DNA from: Geosiphon pyriformis uo1
Lineage: Eukaryota > Fungi > Glomeromycota
Length of the DNA stretch: 64,000 nucleotides
Assembly (NCBI GenBank): GCA_016748015.1
Contig: JAAOMT010000009.1
Coordinates: forward strand, 1,427,924 to 1,491,923
Reading direction: 5' to 3'
The notes beneath the pieces were generated by a model, which ran no database searches, had not been told where the DNA came from, and saw nothing but the letters and a program-made list of their open reading frames with translations. The position numbers and the translations under genes are program-made. Shown here piece after piece: positions 51,801 through 64,000 of the stretch (positions are counted from its first letter, which is position 1; every line of letters begins with the position of its first letter).

Positions 51801-54316
51801 TGTACACTATACTAGACATTTGATCCAATAAAAGCTCTAAAAAGCATTCTAAAGACAACAAATAAGCATTTAGAGAAAAGTTATTAATTGAGGTGGAATA
51901 AGACTTTTTATTAAAACTTAAGGCACTAGAAGAAGGAAAACTAGAACCAAAGAAAAAATCATAAAACACAGATGCTATTAAGACCATTTAAGCCCAAGAT
52001 TTATCACCAAAAGCAGCAGAACAAAAGATAAAAATGTTCTTCTTGACATACAGCTTGGCTAGTTAAAGATAATTTGTATCTGAAGTGGTTTTTTTAAATA
52101 ATTTTGAAGGCTTAAAAGTAAACACACTTGTTGTATTACATTTCAAAACAGAATGACCAAATTTCTCATACTTTTCACATTGAACCAAATTTATCCTAGC
52201 TCATAAGAGTTTTATGTCATCAAAAATTGGCTTTATGTAAAAAACAGATTCCAGTTCTTTATTAGAATTGAAACCAATCACAGCATAGTAAATCCAGTTG
52301 CCAGTATTGAATAAACAATTAATAACACATGTTTTCCCACCAGTTTTTTTCAAAAGAGTTCCAAAATCATAAACAGTTGTTTCTATAGGCAAAGTAAATA
52401 GAAGTGTTCTGAACTAATCTCTAAACATTTAAGTACTGCAATTTTCTATAGTTATAGCTACATGCACCAAATTTTTTCCAATTAAAAATAACTATTTAAA
52501 AGCTAGTTGTTTAGTCTGACCCAATTTAGTGAATTTTACCACAGCCTTTTGCCATATACCAATTAATTAAATTTTAATTGACTTAATTTGGCCAAACTCA
52601 GATACTATGGCAATGATTATATTCTTTGACATGTCTATAGAAATTTTCTTGATTATCACAGTCCAATCTGACCTAATTTTTTGTTTTTTGAGATTAATGT
52701 TTACAATAATTTTTTTTTCTTTAGCCAATAATACAGCTCTTTTTATGCTTTCTTTAGAAGTAAATATTAATTGGATAATTTTCTTAAATTTTGAAAGGGT
52801 AGTGGTCTCCCCAAAACCATTGACAGTTGAAAAATTTTTTCTAATTAATTGTGTCTTTGCTATAGCTAATTTGTCTTCTACTGCAGAAAAATTAATGTCC
52901 AAGGCAAAAAACTTCCTGATTGGCACTTCTACTTAAGTTTTAATAATTTTAAAGTCAGCTTATCTTCTGTTTAGAGAGATACCAAAAGGAAAGAAAAGAA
53001 GTTTCACTTTATTATTCATTTTAAAATTCAGAGAACTGAGAGAAGAGCCATAAATCATTTAGTATTTATTCTTTTTGCTTTAGAAGTAGCAGCAGCCAAA
53101 CCCAAAAAAGACCCATCATGTATGCCAGCCATAAAACCATTGTTCTCACTCTTATTAAACTCGCTGCTTATATTAAAATAGATACTATTATTAGAATTAA
53201 ATCTTACCAAAGAAATATCTTTCTTATCACTTAAATGCTTAATATTTTCTAATACAACTTTTTTTCTGAGAAAAAAAACCTCTAACAGAACCATAAAAAA
53301 CTTCTTTAATGTCTTTTTTTTAGTCATAACATTGTCTAAAGCAGTCTCCAGATTTATAATAAAGGGATTATTAGATTGTAAAATATTGATAAATAACAAC
53401 AGAAAAAGCAAAAAACTTTTTTTTCAAAAAATACTCTGAAAAATTTTGGACATAAAAAAGAAAGAAGTTTTTGTGTTTTTTTTTAAAATGTTTTTTATGT
53501 AATATAAAAACAAAAAAAAACTTTTTTTTTTTATGTTGTTACAAGTGATTATTTGGAGTCTCAAGTCAAATAACAAATCCGTAACTTGGTACTTAGTTGG
53601 TACTCAGATGTTGATATTTGAAGGTTTTGGTTGTGGAGTCCTTTGTATAATAAACAGAGATTTAATAATTGTTTCAGTAGCCTCCCAGAATCACAATTTT
53701 GTCAAATTTTTTTCTCAGCATGGTGGTCAGTAATTCTCTTGGTAAGTTATTCTCAAATCTATGAGTGTTCTATCCTTGTTTCATGAGTCTTTTACCAGTC
53801 TCTATGAAGTCTGTATCTCAGCACTTAATTCTTAATCAATTTAGTAAAACCAAAGAAATAACAAAAAGAAATAAAAGAAAATAAAAGAAAATAAAGAAAT
53901 AAACAAAAGCAATTGCAAGTTAGTATCCTATCAATAGCCATGATTAAGAGCTATTGTTCCAGCATAGTTAAGTATTAATTACTATCAACATAAAGTATTG
54001 ATAGTGGAGAGTGAATTTGGATGGTAAATAGTTATTTATTTGATATTTGTGAATGGAAAGTTGCTTAGATCAAATCTAAACTGAGAGGTCTGTCTTTTTT
54101 ACTTCTAATGCTATTACTATATATACATAATTAATGTTCTATGAGATCACTCACATTTCCAAGTGATGTGCTATGATTTCTTGAGCAATGTGCCATGATT
54201 TCTGACATTGCTCTACATTGCTAAGCAATGTGCTCATGTGCTAAATACTATTTTCTCATTGGTTTGCTATTTTCTATATCTGTTTTCTTTTTATAAGTAA
54301 CATTATCTCTTTTTTT

Positions 54317-54952
54317 TTAATATTGAACTCTGTCAAAATCTTTGTTTTGAATTAATTCCAATACTTTTTTTTCAAGTATTGTTTGTTTGACTCTGTTTCT
54401 CATATCTTCTACTTGTATATTGTTCATTTTTCCCCATTGGTTAATGGTTATGGTTTCCATGTCAGAGTATAACAGTATTTTTGGATAGTTTCAAAATATG
54501 TTGTGTAGTTGGTATATTGTTTTAACATGTAGTATTGAATTCATTTTTTTTCTGATAAATTCTCCAATTTGTTGTATTATGTCTTGGTTGAATATTCTCT
54601 TGGATTTGTTAGTATACAACTCCTGAATATTCAACTTCCAACCTAACTGGTAGTAACAGTATGATATTGGAAGTTGTTCTGTCCATTGCTTCCAATTTTC
54701 TTTTGTAAGTTCTTCTGTTGGTGCCATAATAGGTATTTTTTCAAAAGTGTTTTTTACTTTTTCTATTATGTTATTTGACCAGTTTTTACCATTTTTTGGT
54801 AACTGCTAATATGGGGTGTTTTTTGTCTTTCTTTTGGTGTTTCGATAGTAAATTGTTTGGTTGTTAACAATAATTTTTATGTCTAACTGTTGTTGACTTA
54901 AGGCCTAGAACAATTGTTAAGCTATAGTGTGAATATAATCTGGTATTTCCAT
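54317..54952 (-). pseudogene. Gypsy-2 ORF3 (211 codons, unknown function)
   Basis: ATG at 54952, TAA at 54317-54319; includes the listed ORF 54491-54727; same 636-nt length as the Gypsy-1 copy. Confidence 0.65.
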
Positions 54953-57900
54953 TTTTTTGGTTGCTTTTGTTGTGTGTATTGTGCCTTTATATACTTTTTT
55001 GGGTTGTTTAATTTGACATGTTTGGTTCAATAACTATGATTGGTTCCAGATCTCGTGAAATTTCATCTGGTTGAACTAATATTCTTTGTACTCCTAGTTG
55101 TAGAATGTTATTGGTAAATGATAATACTATCTGATGATATGGTTTCAGTCGATCACTATGTGCTGCTTTGGCTAAAATTTTGTTGTCCCATCTTAATTTA
55201 TAAGCTCTATTTCTAAGAATTTCTTCTATGTAAAATGGTCCATCCCATTTGGGGTCAAATTTTCCACTCTATTGTTTTTCTACTTTGGTATGATGTAAAA
55301 ATACTTTGTCTCCAATCTTGAATTTAACTGGTTTATCTGGTAGTTGGTTATCGTGTTTTTCTTTTTGTCTCTCTTGTGATTTCTGGATGTTATCAGCTGC
55401 TCTTTGCCATTTATTTTCTAATGTTTCTATTAAGTTATATGTTCTTTTTAGTAATGTTTCCTGAAAATTATCTTTGGTTATTGGTTCTGTTGGGTAAGTA
55501 TTGACTTTTATCTCAATTGGTAATATTGCTGTTTTACCATATACTAATTCAAATGGTGTTGCTTATATAGTGTCTTGTTTCATTGTTCGATAAGCAAATA
55601 ATACTGATGGTATAAACAAATTCTATTTATCTTGGTTTTCTTGACTGATTTTGGTGATTGCTTCACACAATGTTCTATTAAATCTTTCAACTAGTCCATT
55701 GGTTTGTGGATAATATGGTGATGATAATGGTCTTTTGATTCCAAATCTCTGACTTAATTCTGCTAATGTTCTGTTCACAAAGTGAGTTTTTTAATCTGAT
55801 AATAGTTTTTTTGGACATTTGTGTTGACAGATCAAATCTTAATGAATGAATTTGGCAACAGATTTTGCATCTGCTCTTTGAATGGCTTTTGCTTCTGGCT
55901 ATTTAGTAAGATAATCCATAGCTACTGCAATATATCTGTTGTCTCTGCTGGTGATTGTTAATGGTTCGACTAAGTCAATTCCAATGCAATTGAATGGTTG
56001 TCTCACTTTAATTGGTCTTAATGGTTCACTGGGTCTTGTTCCTTCTTTTTTTTAACAAGCATCACAATTTTGAATATATTGGATAATATCTGGATATATT
56101 AATGGCCAATAGTATTTTTTTTTTGGTTTTTTCTATTGTTGCTTCTTTATGAAAATGTCCTGCTGTTGGATTTGAGTACATGTTGAATAATATTGTTTCT
56201 TTCTTTGGTTCTGTGATTACTCTGATTGGTTGATCTAGATTTCTTTTGTTCTTTCAGTAAAATATATTTTGATGATTGATAAAATATTTTGATTGTTGTT
56301 TAATGTTTTTTTGTTCTTTTTGAGATAATTTCTCTTTGAACAGTTGGGTATTTATATAATGTTATAGTTGTTGGTATTTTTGTATATTCATTTTTTGTTA
56401 TATTTTTGGTTTGAAATGTTTTTAAATTTGTCTCATTCATGATAGTTTATCAGCATTTCCATTGTCTTTTCCCTTTTTATAATGTACTGTATAATTAAAT
56501 AGTGAAAGTTTTATTTTCCATCTGGCATGGCAATCATCTGCAAATTCTTGTTTTTGGATTGAAGTCAATTCTTTGTGATCAGTGTACACTTCAAACTTTT
56601 GGCTCAAGTATTCTTTCCATTTGATAACAGCCTAATAGATAGCTAAGTGTTCTAGTGCTGGAGTTCCATAGTTCTTTTCAGCTGGACTTAAGCTTCTACT
56701 GGCGTAAGCTACTGGATGTTCTCTTTCATTTGGTCCTTTCTGTGATAGTACTGCTCCCAATGCTTGACCAGATGCATCAGTAGTAATGATGAATAGTTTG
56801 CTGTAATTTGAATACATCAATACTGAAGCTTGAATAAGCTTTCTTCTTAAGATATCAAAAGCTTCTTGTTGAGTTTCTGTTTATTCATACTTTACATTCT
56901 TTGTTTAAAATTGGTGTAGTGGTTGGGCTATTTTAGAAAAATTCTTGATAAAGCAGCAGTAGTATCCAGCAAATCCCAAGAATGCTCTCAATTCTGTAAA
57001 ATTATTTGGTACTGGAAAGTTCTTAACAGTTTCAATTTTGTTTGGATCTGTTTTTATTCCATTTTTGCTTACCATATGTCCCAAAAACTTGAGTTCAGTT
57101 TTCCCAAAGAAACATTTGGTTGCATTTAATTTCAGTCCAGCTCTTCTTAACCTTTCGAACACTTGTTGAAAATGATACAGATGATCATTAAATGTTTTTG
57201 AGAACACATTGATATCATTCAAGTATACGACTACTGACTTCCATAGTAGTCCAGTGTATACAATTTCCATTAGCCGTTGAAATGTGGTTGGTGCATTCAT
57301 CAATCCAAATGGCATGACTTCAAATTCAAAATTTTCTTCTCTTGTAGTAAATGCTGTTTTCTCTTTGTTGGCTGGATCCATGGCTACTTGCCAGTAACCA
57401 CTATCCAAATTCAGTGTCAAGAACCATTTATTTCTTTCAAAAGCATTGAACAGCTCTTGAATTTTGGATATTAAATAGCTATTTCCTTTGGTTACTTCAT
57501 TCAGTTTCCAGTAATCTACACAAAAGTGGATTTTCCCATTTTTTTTTCAGACTAGTACTACTGGTAATGACCATGGGCTCATTGATGGCTGAATTAGCCT
57601 GTTGTCAAGCATTTGGTTAATTTCTTGATGAATGATTTTATGGCTAGCTGGTAGTACTCTGTATGCTCTTTGTTTAATTGGCATTGTATCTTCAGTTTTG
57701 ATCTGATGCTGGATGATGTTGGTTCTGCCAAATTCATTTTCACTGGCAAAGATGTTATTGAAGTTGCTAAGTAATGTCTTTAGTTACATCTGTTGAAGTG
57801 GGTCTAGATTCCTCATGTTTATCTGTTCTAATTGTTCTAGTTGAAGCAGATAACATTTGCTTTATTTGTAGATGGTTTGTGATGTGATGTTTACCACAAA

Positions 57901-58559
57901 GCTGTAAAAAATCTGGAATATAGTTTGGTGGTTGGTCTTCAATTTTGGTGGTTAAATATTCAATGATGATTTCTTTTGGTATTTCAATAACATGTCTCAT
58001 TGTGTTGTAGATGGGAATTTTGATATTCTTGGGGCTGTTGGCTAATATGTAGAGATTGGTAAGTTCAATTTTTCCTGATTTGCAAATAGTAGCTTTTGCT
58101 TCAAACAACTGAGCTTGATTCTTTACTTCTCTTTTTATAGCTAACATATACTGGTCATATGGTGAAATAGAAATTGTGTGATGGGTTGAGATAATTTTTC
58201 TTTTGTCAACAATTTCTTCCTCTGCCATATTAATTGGTATATCTATTCTACCCATTGATCCAAATCTTTGTATTCCTTTAGTAGTAATCTCCAATTTTTC
58301 TCTGTTTCTTACTAACACTAACTAAGCTATTTTCACCAGAGGTAAAAATATTGTCTATGCTATCTTTTCATTTGAATTTATGGTATATGTTTTTTCTGAG
58401 TCATTTTGTAGCATAGCAATAATATTTTCTATGTATTCTATGTCAATTATTTCTTCTCTGATATTGATTTTCTTTTTTGCTAAGCTACTCCTGAATGCTA
58501 ATTGAACCATTGTTGTTGCTGAAATTTTCAGCACTATTTTCAGATCAATGCAAGTGCAC

Positions 58560-59539
58560 TGTTACCAGACAAAATTAGAGATATTATTTAGCATGAAATT
58601 ATCTTATAAATCCTATCATTAATTGGCATATATTATCGTTTCAAATTATTACTTATTACATTAGCAAAATGTCCAAAATTATCATTTAATTAATAACCCA
58701 ATTTGTACACAACACAAATATAACCTAATTGTGATGATCAAATCATGCAATATTCCGAAACTATGTAACATTTAAAAGTTCACTGAAATTTGTAGAAATT
58801 TGCCAAAATAATTGATAGTTCACCGAAATATCTAATAGTTTGCAGAAATAACTTGTAGTTCACCAAAATGTATCTTTAGTTCAGCGAAATTGTAGAAAAT
58901 AGCAAAGTTCAAGTTCATAGAATAGTGTTACGACAAGTTGTATAAAAGAAGAGCATTTTTCTTCAAGAAAATATATCTTACTTTAGATTTATCACTTAGA
59001 ACCATTCCTACACCCACACAAAAAGAAATAAATATCAAATAATTCAAAAAACCAAATTCTTTTATTATTGTACTTGGAAAATCCTTAAAAACCCAACTAA
59101 CGTTTTGAAATTGATTAGCTACCAATTTCAGTAAACTGTTAGTGACTCCAGGCCTGGATAGAAAACGTTTCTTTTGACAAAATTCTATTTCTTTTACATT
59201 TCTTTTATTTTTTTTCTTTTCTTATTACAATTATTAAGGTAGCCTACAGACAAGATTCCTGTAGAAGAGTTGACTTTCACAGCAAAGTAACTATACATTT
59301 TAGTGAGCTTTCAGACAAGCAATTTCTGGGAAAGAGTTGACATTTACTACAATGTAACTACATAAAGTAACTGGCAAGGAATTGGTCATTCCACTTATAA
59401 GCCCAGCAGTTCAAATTATAAGAGATAATTTGAAGATAAATTCAGTTATTGGAGGTTCAACTACTTCTAGAAAACGTGAATTTGCAACCAACAGACAGTT
59501 ACAACATTCAAGAAAAGAGACCAAAAACCTTTGGTAACA
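58560..59539. repeat. Solo LTR (family B) inserted in the Gypsy-2 dUTPase
   Basis: TGTTACCA...TGGTAACA 8-bp terminal inverted repeat; perfect TSD GCAC; removal restores KLEPHLCTCIDLK. Confidence 0.9.
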
Positions 59540-62500
59540 GCACAAGTGAGGTTCTAATTTGATAGAATCTTTCCCCAGATATCTCAGATCAAATTCTGCA
59601 TCAGTATCATGCACACATTTAGGCATAATACCTTCATTATTATTACTGAACTATTTCAGTTCTTGCTCTTTGATAAGGTTAGAAAGAGTGATATATGTTT
59701 TGGAGTTTGAATCAGAGTCTGAATCATTGTTATTTTCATTGTTGTTTTGAGCAGAGCTAAAACTAGTGTTTTTGTTATCATCATTGTCAGAGTTTGAATT
59801 AGGATTGAAAATTGATTTTAATTCTGATGCACAGTTGCTTATTGGTTTGTTTTTTTCTGAGATTGTGTAGATAATGCATGGTAGTGGATTGTAAATGAGA
59901 TCACACTCATTACAATACTTGAAGTCACATGGAATTAAACAGTGGTCACATAATCAGATGTTTATTTCTTCTAAGTGTTGTTTCTGTTCCTCTCTGATGG
60001 GTGCTAATCATTGGTAATGTTCATGGAATTCCTTTGGATTGTCCTTGATGTTGCCAAAGACATCAAAAGTTTGGACGTATTCAGGTTCAAGAAGTGATAG
60101 GAGGTTGTTTTTGATTTTCAGTAGTTCACTGGTTGTTATGCCTTCTGTTTTCACATACACCATTCTCCAGAGTTCGTGTTTGTCATGAGAATATCCTCCT
60201 AATTGTTGTAATGCTCTTTTCCAGATGTCATCAATTGGTATGTCTTTGCGTACTCAGTCATTGATTAGGATTGTATATTGGCACATTTCATCACACATTC
60301 CTTCTTATCCAAAAATGTTGTTCTATATTCCTTTGTCTGGGAAAGTTTCTCCACAAGCTAAACATAGTGTATTATCCCATTTTTTCATTTGTTTTGGCCT
60401 TCCAAAATGTTCAACAAGACATGCACAGCAATAAAACTTAGTTGCCATCTGGTATTTTTTGTCATTATTACAGCATGTGCCCATTAAAGACAATTTCTTG
60501 CTGCAATTGGCACATATAAGCTTTGGTCGATGATAATTCAGTTGTGGTAGTACATAAGTATATGCACGGTAAATGATGGTTGGTGTTGGAATTTCTTCAT
60601 TTTCTTTCTCTTTTCCTTTGTGGTTATTCTTTTCTTACTCCCAGGTTGTTGGTAGTTCATTTTGATCATTATCAGTTTTCCAGGCTTGATTCGGATTCCA
60701 GGTAAGTTCTTTTGTTTGTTTTCCTTTTCCCTTATTATTTCAGAATAGTATCAGTAGTAATTTGTTGTGGTCATTTTTATTGGCCCAAGAAACTTAATAG
60801 GCTTCCCAGGTAAGTTTTTTTTTTCTTTTTCCAATTCAATAAGTGGAGCTGATGATGTGATGATGGGTTTGAAATAGCCACATGTGGCTAGTATATGTGT
60901 GTGTCATCTATTCTGGCTAAGTTGGAGCTCTTGGGTGTTCCAGTCGAGTGTTGTGTTGATTTTGAACAGCCAGTCATTACCCACCAGTGCTTGGTATTAA
61001 GTGGCTTCTATGACTAATACCTTAATTGGTACAGTGATGCCATTGATTTCTATAAGCAAGTTATCTATTTCACCAATTAGAGTCTTGGTGGTTTCATCAG
61101 CTGTAATTATCCTTGAACTGGCAGCTTGATTAACTTGGCAACTTAATTGGTTTATGAGCTGTTTTGTAATAATGCTGCCAGCTGATCCACTATTTAGGAT
61201 CAGTTTGATAGACTGACCATCAATTTTGGCATCCATGTACATTGCCATGATAGATTTTTTCTCGAGTGCGGCTCCACTGAACAAAGGAGTTTTTGTTGGT
61301 TCCTCGATTTCAAAGGAAAATATTGCTGCTAAAGACTCATTTTCCATAACAGTGACTGGCAAAATATTGGTAAGTGGTTGCTTCTGGTTGGGTTCCCAGG
61401 TGTTGGATGAGGCATCTTCTGGGGTAACCAGAAGGCTTAAATAGTTCTGAAAACTCAGGTTTTGAGTATACCCAGTTTCCAAACTCTACTGTTGTGATCC
61501 TGATGGCTAGTTGGATGAACTAAAAATTAGTTGGTAAACAACCATTGCTGATTTCCAGTTTTGGGTAACTCTTGATTTAGAGTTTTCTAATATCATTTGA
61601 GCAGAGTTGGGTGATAGTGTTTGAACTGTGGGTGTCTGATAGATTATTTGTGGCTGCAGCTGATATATAGGTTGGGACTGCAGTTGATAAATGATGGGTG
61701 CTGTTGGCTGATAAATTGGTGGTTAATAAATTTGTGGCTGCATCATAGGTATGTAATTTGGTTGATATATTGCTGAGATTGATTGATAACTCGGAGCTGA
61801 AAACCTGTGATCAGGATTTCAATATTGATTTCCCGATCATTGGTTTTCTATTCTTAACTGACAATCAATTCTCAAATGTCCTTGTTTACCACAGTAATGG
61901 CAAATACATGTCTCTTGCTGCCATGGCTAATTGGATGATGATAAGAAATGCAACTGATTTTGTGGGCGATTTGTGATTCCTAAATTATTGTGTCATTGAG
62001 ATGGCTGATAAATTGCATAATTGTCAGCTAAGTACCCTTCCAGCTTCTAGTTAATGGAATTACTGAATTGTTTCAATTTGGAATCCAATTCAGATAATCC
62101 ATTCATTATTAGATTTATGGCTTGGGCATGGTTGGCTTCGAGTTTAGCTGCTTTAAAATCTCTGGTGTTGTTAACTGCAGCTTAAAAGTCTACTAGATGC
62201 ATTGGGCATATATGTTGGAGAATGCTACTGCACAGGCCTTTAATAAATTGGTTTAGGATTTGTGGCGCTGTAAAGTAATCAGCCTGCATTGCTTGAATCT
62301 GGCACAGATTCCTATGGAAGTGTCCTAAATAAGTAGTGACTGCTTTATTTTCTCCTTGTTTAATAGTGGTGAAAGTGTTTGCTAGCCAATTAATACTATT
62401 GTTGTTGCTGAAGTATTATAGGAATGCAAGCTTAAATGCAGCAAAATCTTGGGGTTTGTTAGCCAAGCTTTAATACTATGAATCGATGATATCTTAGAGA

Positions 62501-64000
62501 AAGTAAAGAATGGTCTGCATAGCTCTGGCATTATTTCAGCCATTGGCTGCAATGGCTTTCTCCACATTATTTAGCCACACTTGAATGTTGTCTTTTTCAC
62601 TGGTGAATTTTTCAAGTTTCACTATCGGAGTGTAAGCCATTGGATCGACGTTTGGTTGTTGCAGTTGTTGTTGTAACTGTTAAAACGGCTGCTGGAGTTG
62701 TTGAAGTGATTGGAGTAGCTGCTGTTGCTGTTCGTTAATTAGTAAAGCTGGATTAATCCCAATTACTGGAGGTAAATGTTGTTGATTATTGATGTCAGAG
62801 TTTCAATTGTTTTGATTGTGCTGTGTTTAGAAATTCGGAGTTCTGATTTCCAGATTTTCCAAATTTGGATTTTGCTGAGTCTAAAAATTCGGGGTTTCAA
62901 TGTTTGGTTTTCTGGAATCGGGTTCTGGTAAGTAAATTTTTAATCTTCAGATTCTTCTTCTTTTTCTTCTTGTTCTTTCTCCGATTTCATTACTTCCCAG
63001 AGACTCATGGTTCCAAAATCTGGTTGGGGTGGTGGAGATCAAAGTCCTGATGGCATTGGCGATTAGAACTTAAATCCTTCAAAATATGCACCATATGATC
63101 TTAGAAGATCTTCTTTTTTTTGTTTACTCTAAAATAAGAATTGTCCAAAGGTTAATGTCACATGTAATGTGGATGTGTCTGTTGATGTGATGTTGATGGT
63201 ACTTCCAAGTGTATAGTGGTATGATGGGATTGTTAATAATTCAATTCTGGTTTTCTTCCAAGTGAGTGGTTGTATTTGTTTTGGTGTTACTGCTGGTGTT
63301 TGCAATTTTTCTTTGCTTTTATTGACATAAGTGATTGGGTATCTTTGTTGTGTGTAATGTTCAATTTCTTTATTAATCTTAGTAATAATGGATGCGAAAT
63401 TATAATTTATTGGTAAGCTGGTGTTTTGGATTAATTTGTGGTAAAAAGTTTTTCTCGCTGATTCAGTATTTACTAGTGTTCTTAACAAATAGGCAATTTT
63501 TTTGTTGATGTAGAAATTAAAGGCTGATTCTGCTGATATCTAATTGTGGTTCAATCTCAAGTATTGACAGTAGTATTGAAATAAGGATTTTGTGAATCCT
63601 AAATGGTTTGCTTCTATACTTTCTGATTCTGCCACTGTTGATTTATTTGTTGGTGCTGGTTCTCTGTAGGATTATACCTTACAGAGAGCACCAAATATTA
63701 CAGATGATTATTTGGAGTCTCAAGTCAAATAACAAATTTGTAACTTGGTGCTTAGTTGGTACTTGGGTGTTGATATCTGAAGGTTTTGATTGTGGAGTTC
63801 TTTGTATAATAGACAGAGATTTAATAGTTGTTTCAGTAATCTCCCAGAATCACAATTCCATCAAATTTTTTTCTCAGTGTGGTGGCCGGTAATTCTCTTG
63901 ATAAGCTATTCTCAAATTTATGAGTGTTCTATCCTTGTTTCACGGGTTTTTTACCAGTCCCTATGACATCTGTATCTCAGCACTTAATCCTTAATCAATT

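Larger units (their letters stand above)
35815..53470 (-). mobile_element. LINE copy 2 (degenerate): body 46714-53470 and 3' tail 35815-35874, split by a Gypsy insertion
   Basis: Colinear with LINE copy 1: ORF1 about 51487-53330, ORF2 about 46803-51490 with LNGDFN, RT remnants and YTNGS RNase H. 35840-35874 joined to 46718 onward matches the LINE copy 1 3' UTR (12450-12540). Confidence 0.85.
53537..64000 (-). mobile_element. Degenerate Ty3/Gypsy element (Gypsy-2), 5' LTR running off the window
   Basis: 3' LTR 53537-54302, PPT 54303-54320, 5' LTR from 63696, PBS 63678-63693; gag CHYCGKQGHLRIDC; protease LILNSGS; dUTPase; RT LDSGYWQ, MPFGLMNAP, YLND; RNase H TDASG..LGAVLSQ; integrase with GPF motif. 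Confidence 0.93.

Noticed and set aside
54317-54952. env gene of an endogenous retrovirus
   Set aside because: Too short, with no visible signal peptide, furin site or transmembrane segment.
55010-55150. Chromodomain at the integrase C-terminus
   Set aside because: Only about 40 residues follow the GPF/Y module, with no chromodomain aromatic pattern.

Overview
AT-rich eukaryotic (fungal) genomic DNA with short GT-AG introns. Gene and transposon styles suggest Mucoromycota/Glomeromycotina, possibly Geosiphon-like; this is inference, not verified. Two intact gene islands are present. The first (1-11 kb) holds an unknown gene, a VIP36/LMAN2 lectin, GNL1 GTPase, CNOT9/Rcd1 and a B-type cyclin. 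The second (29.2-35.6 kb) holds tRNA-Trp, RABL6, SF3B4 and peroxiredoxin Q. They alternate with two nested retrotransposon blocks (about 11.5-28.8 kb and 35.8-64 kb). These blocks contain two degenerate RNase H-bearing LINEs, three copies of one Ty3/Gypsy lineage and four solo LTRs from two LTR families. The best novelty candidate is the Gypsy lineage. Its layout is gag - protease - triple zinc-finger-like Cys-rich domain - dUTPase - RT - RNase H - integrase, followed by a separate 211-codon non-env ORF3. It makes 4-bp target duplications with a central pyrimidine-purine step and carries exchangeable palindromic repeat modules in its LTRs. All repeats show heavy C>T/G>A transition damage, including at non-CpG sites (RIP-like), while the genes are intact.
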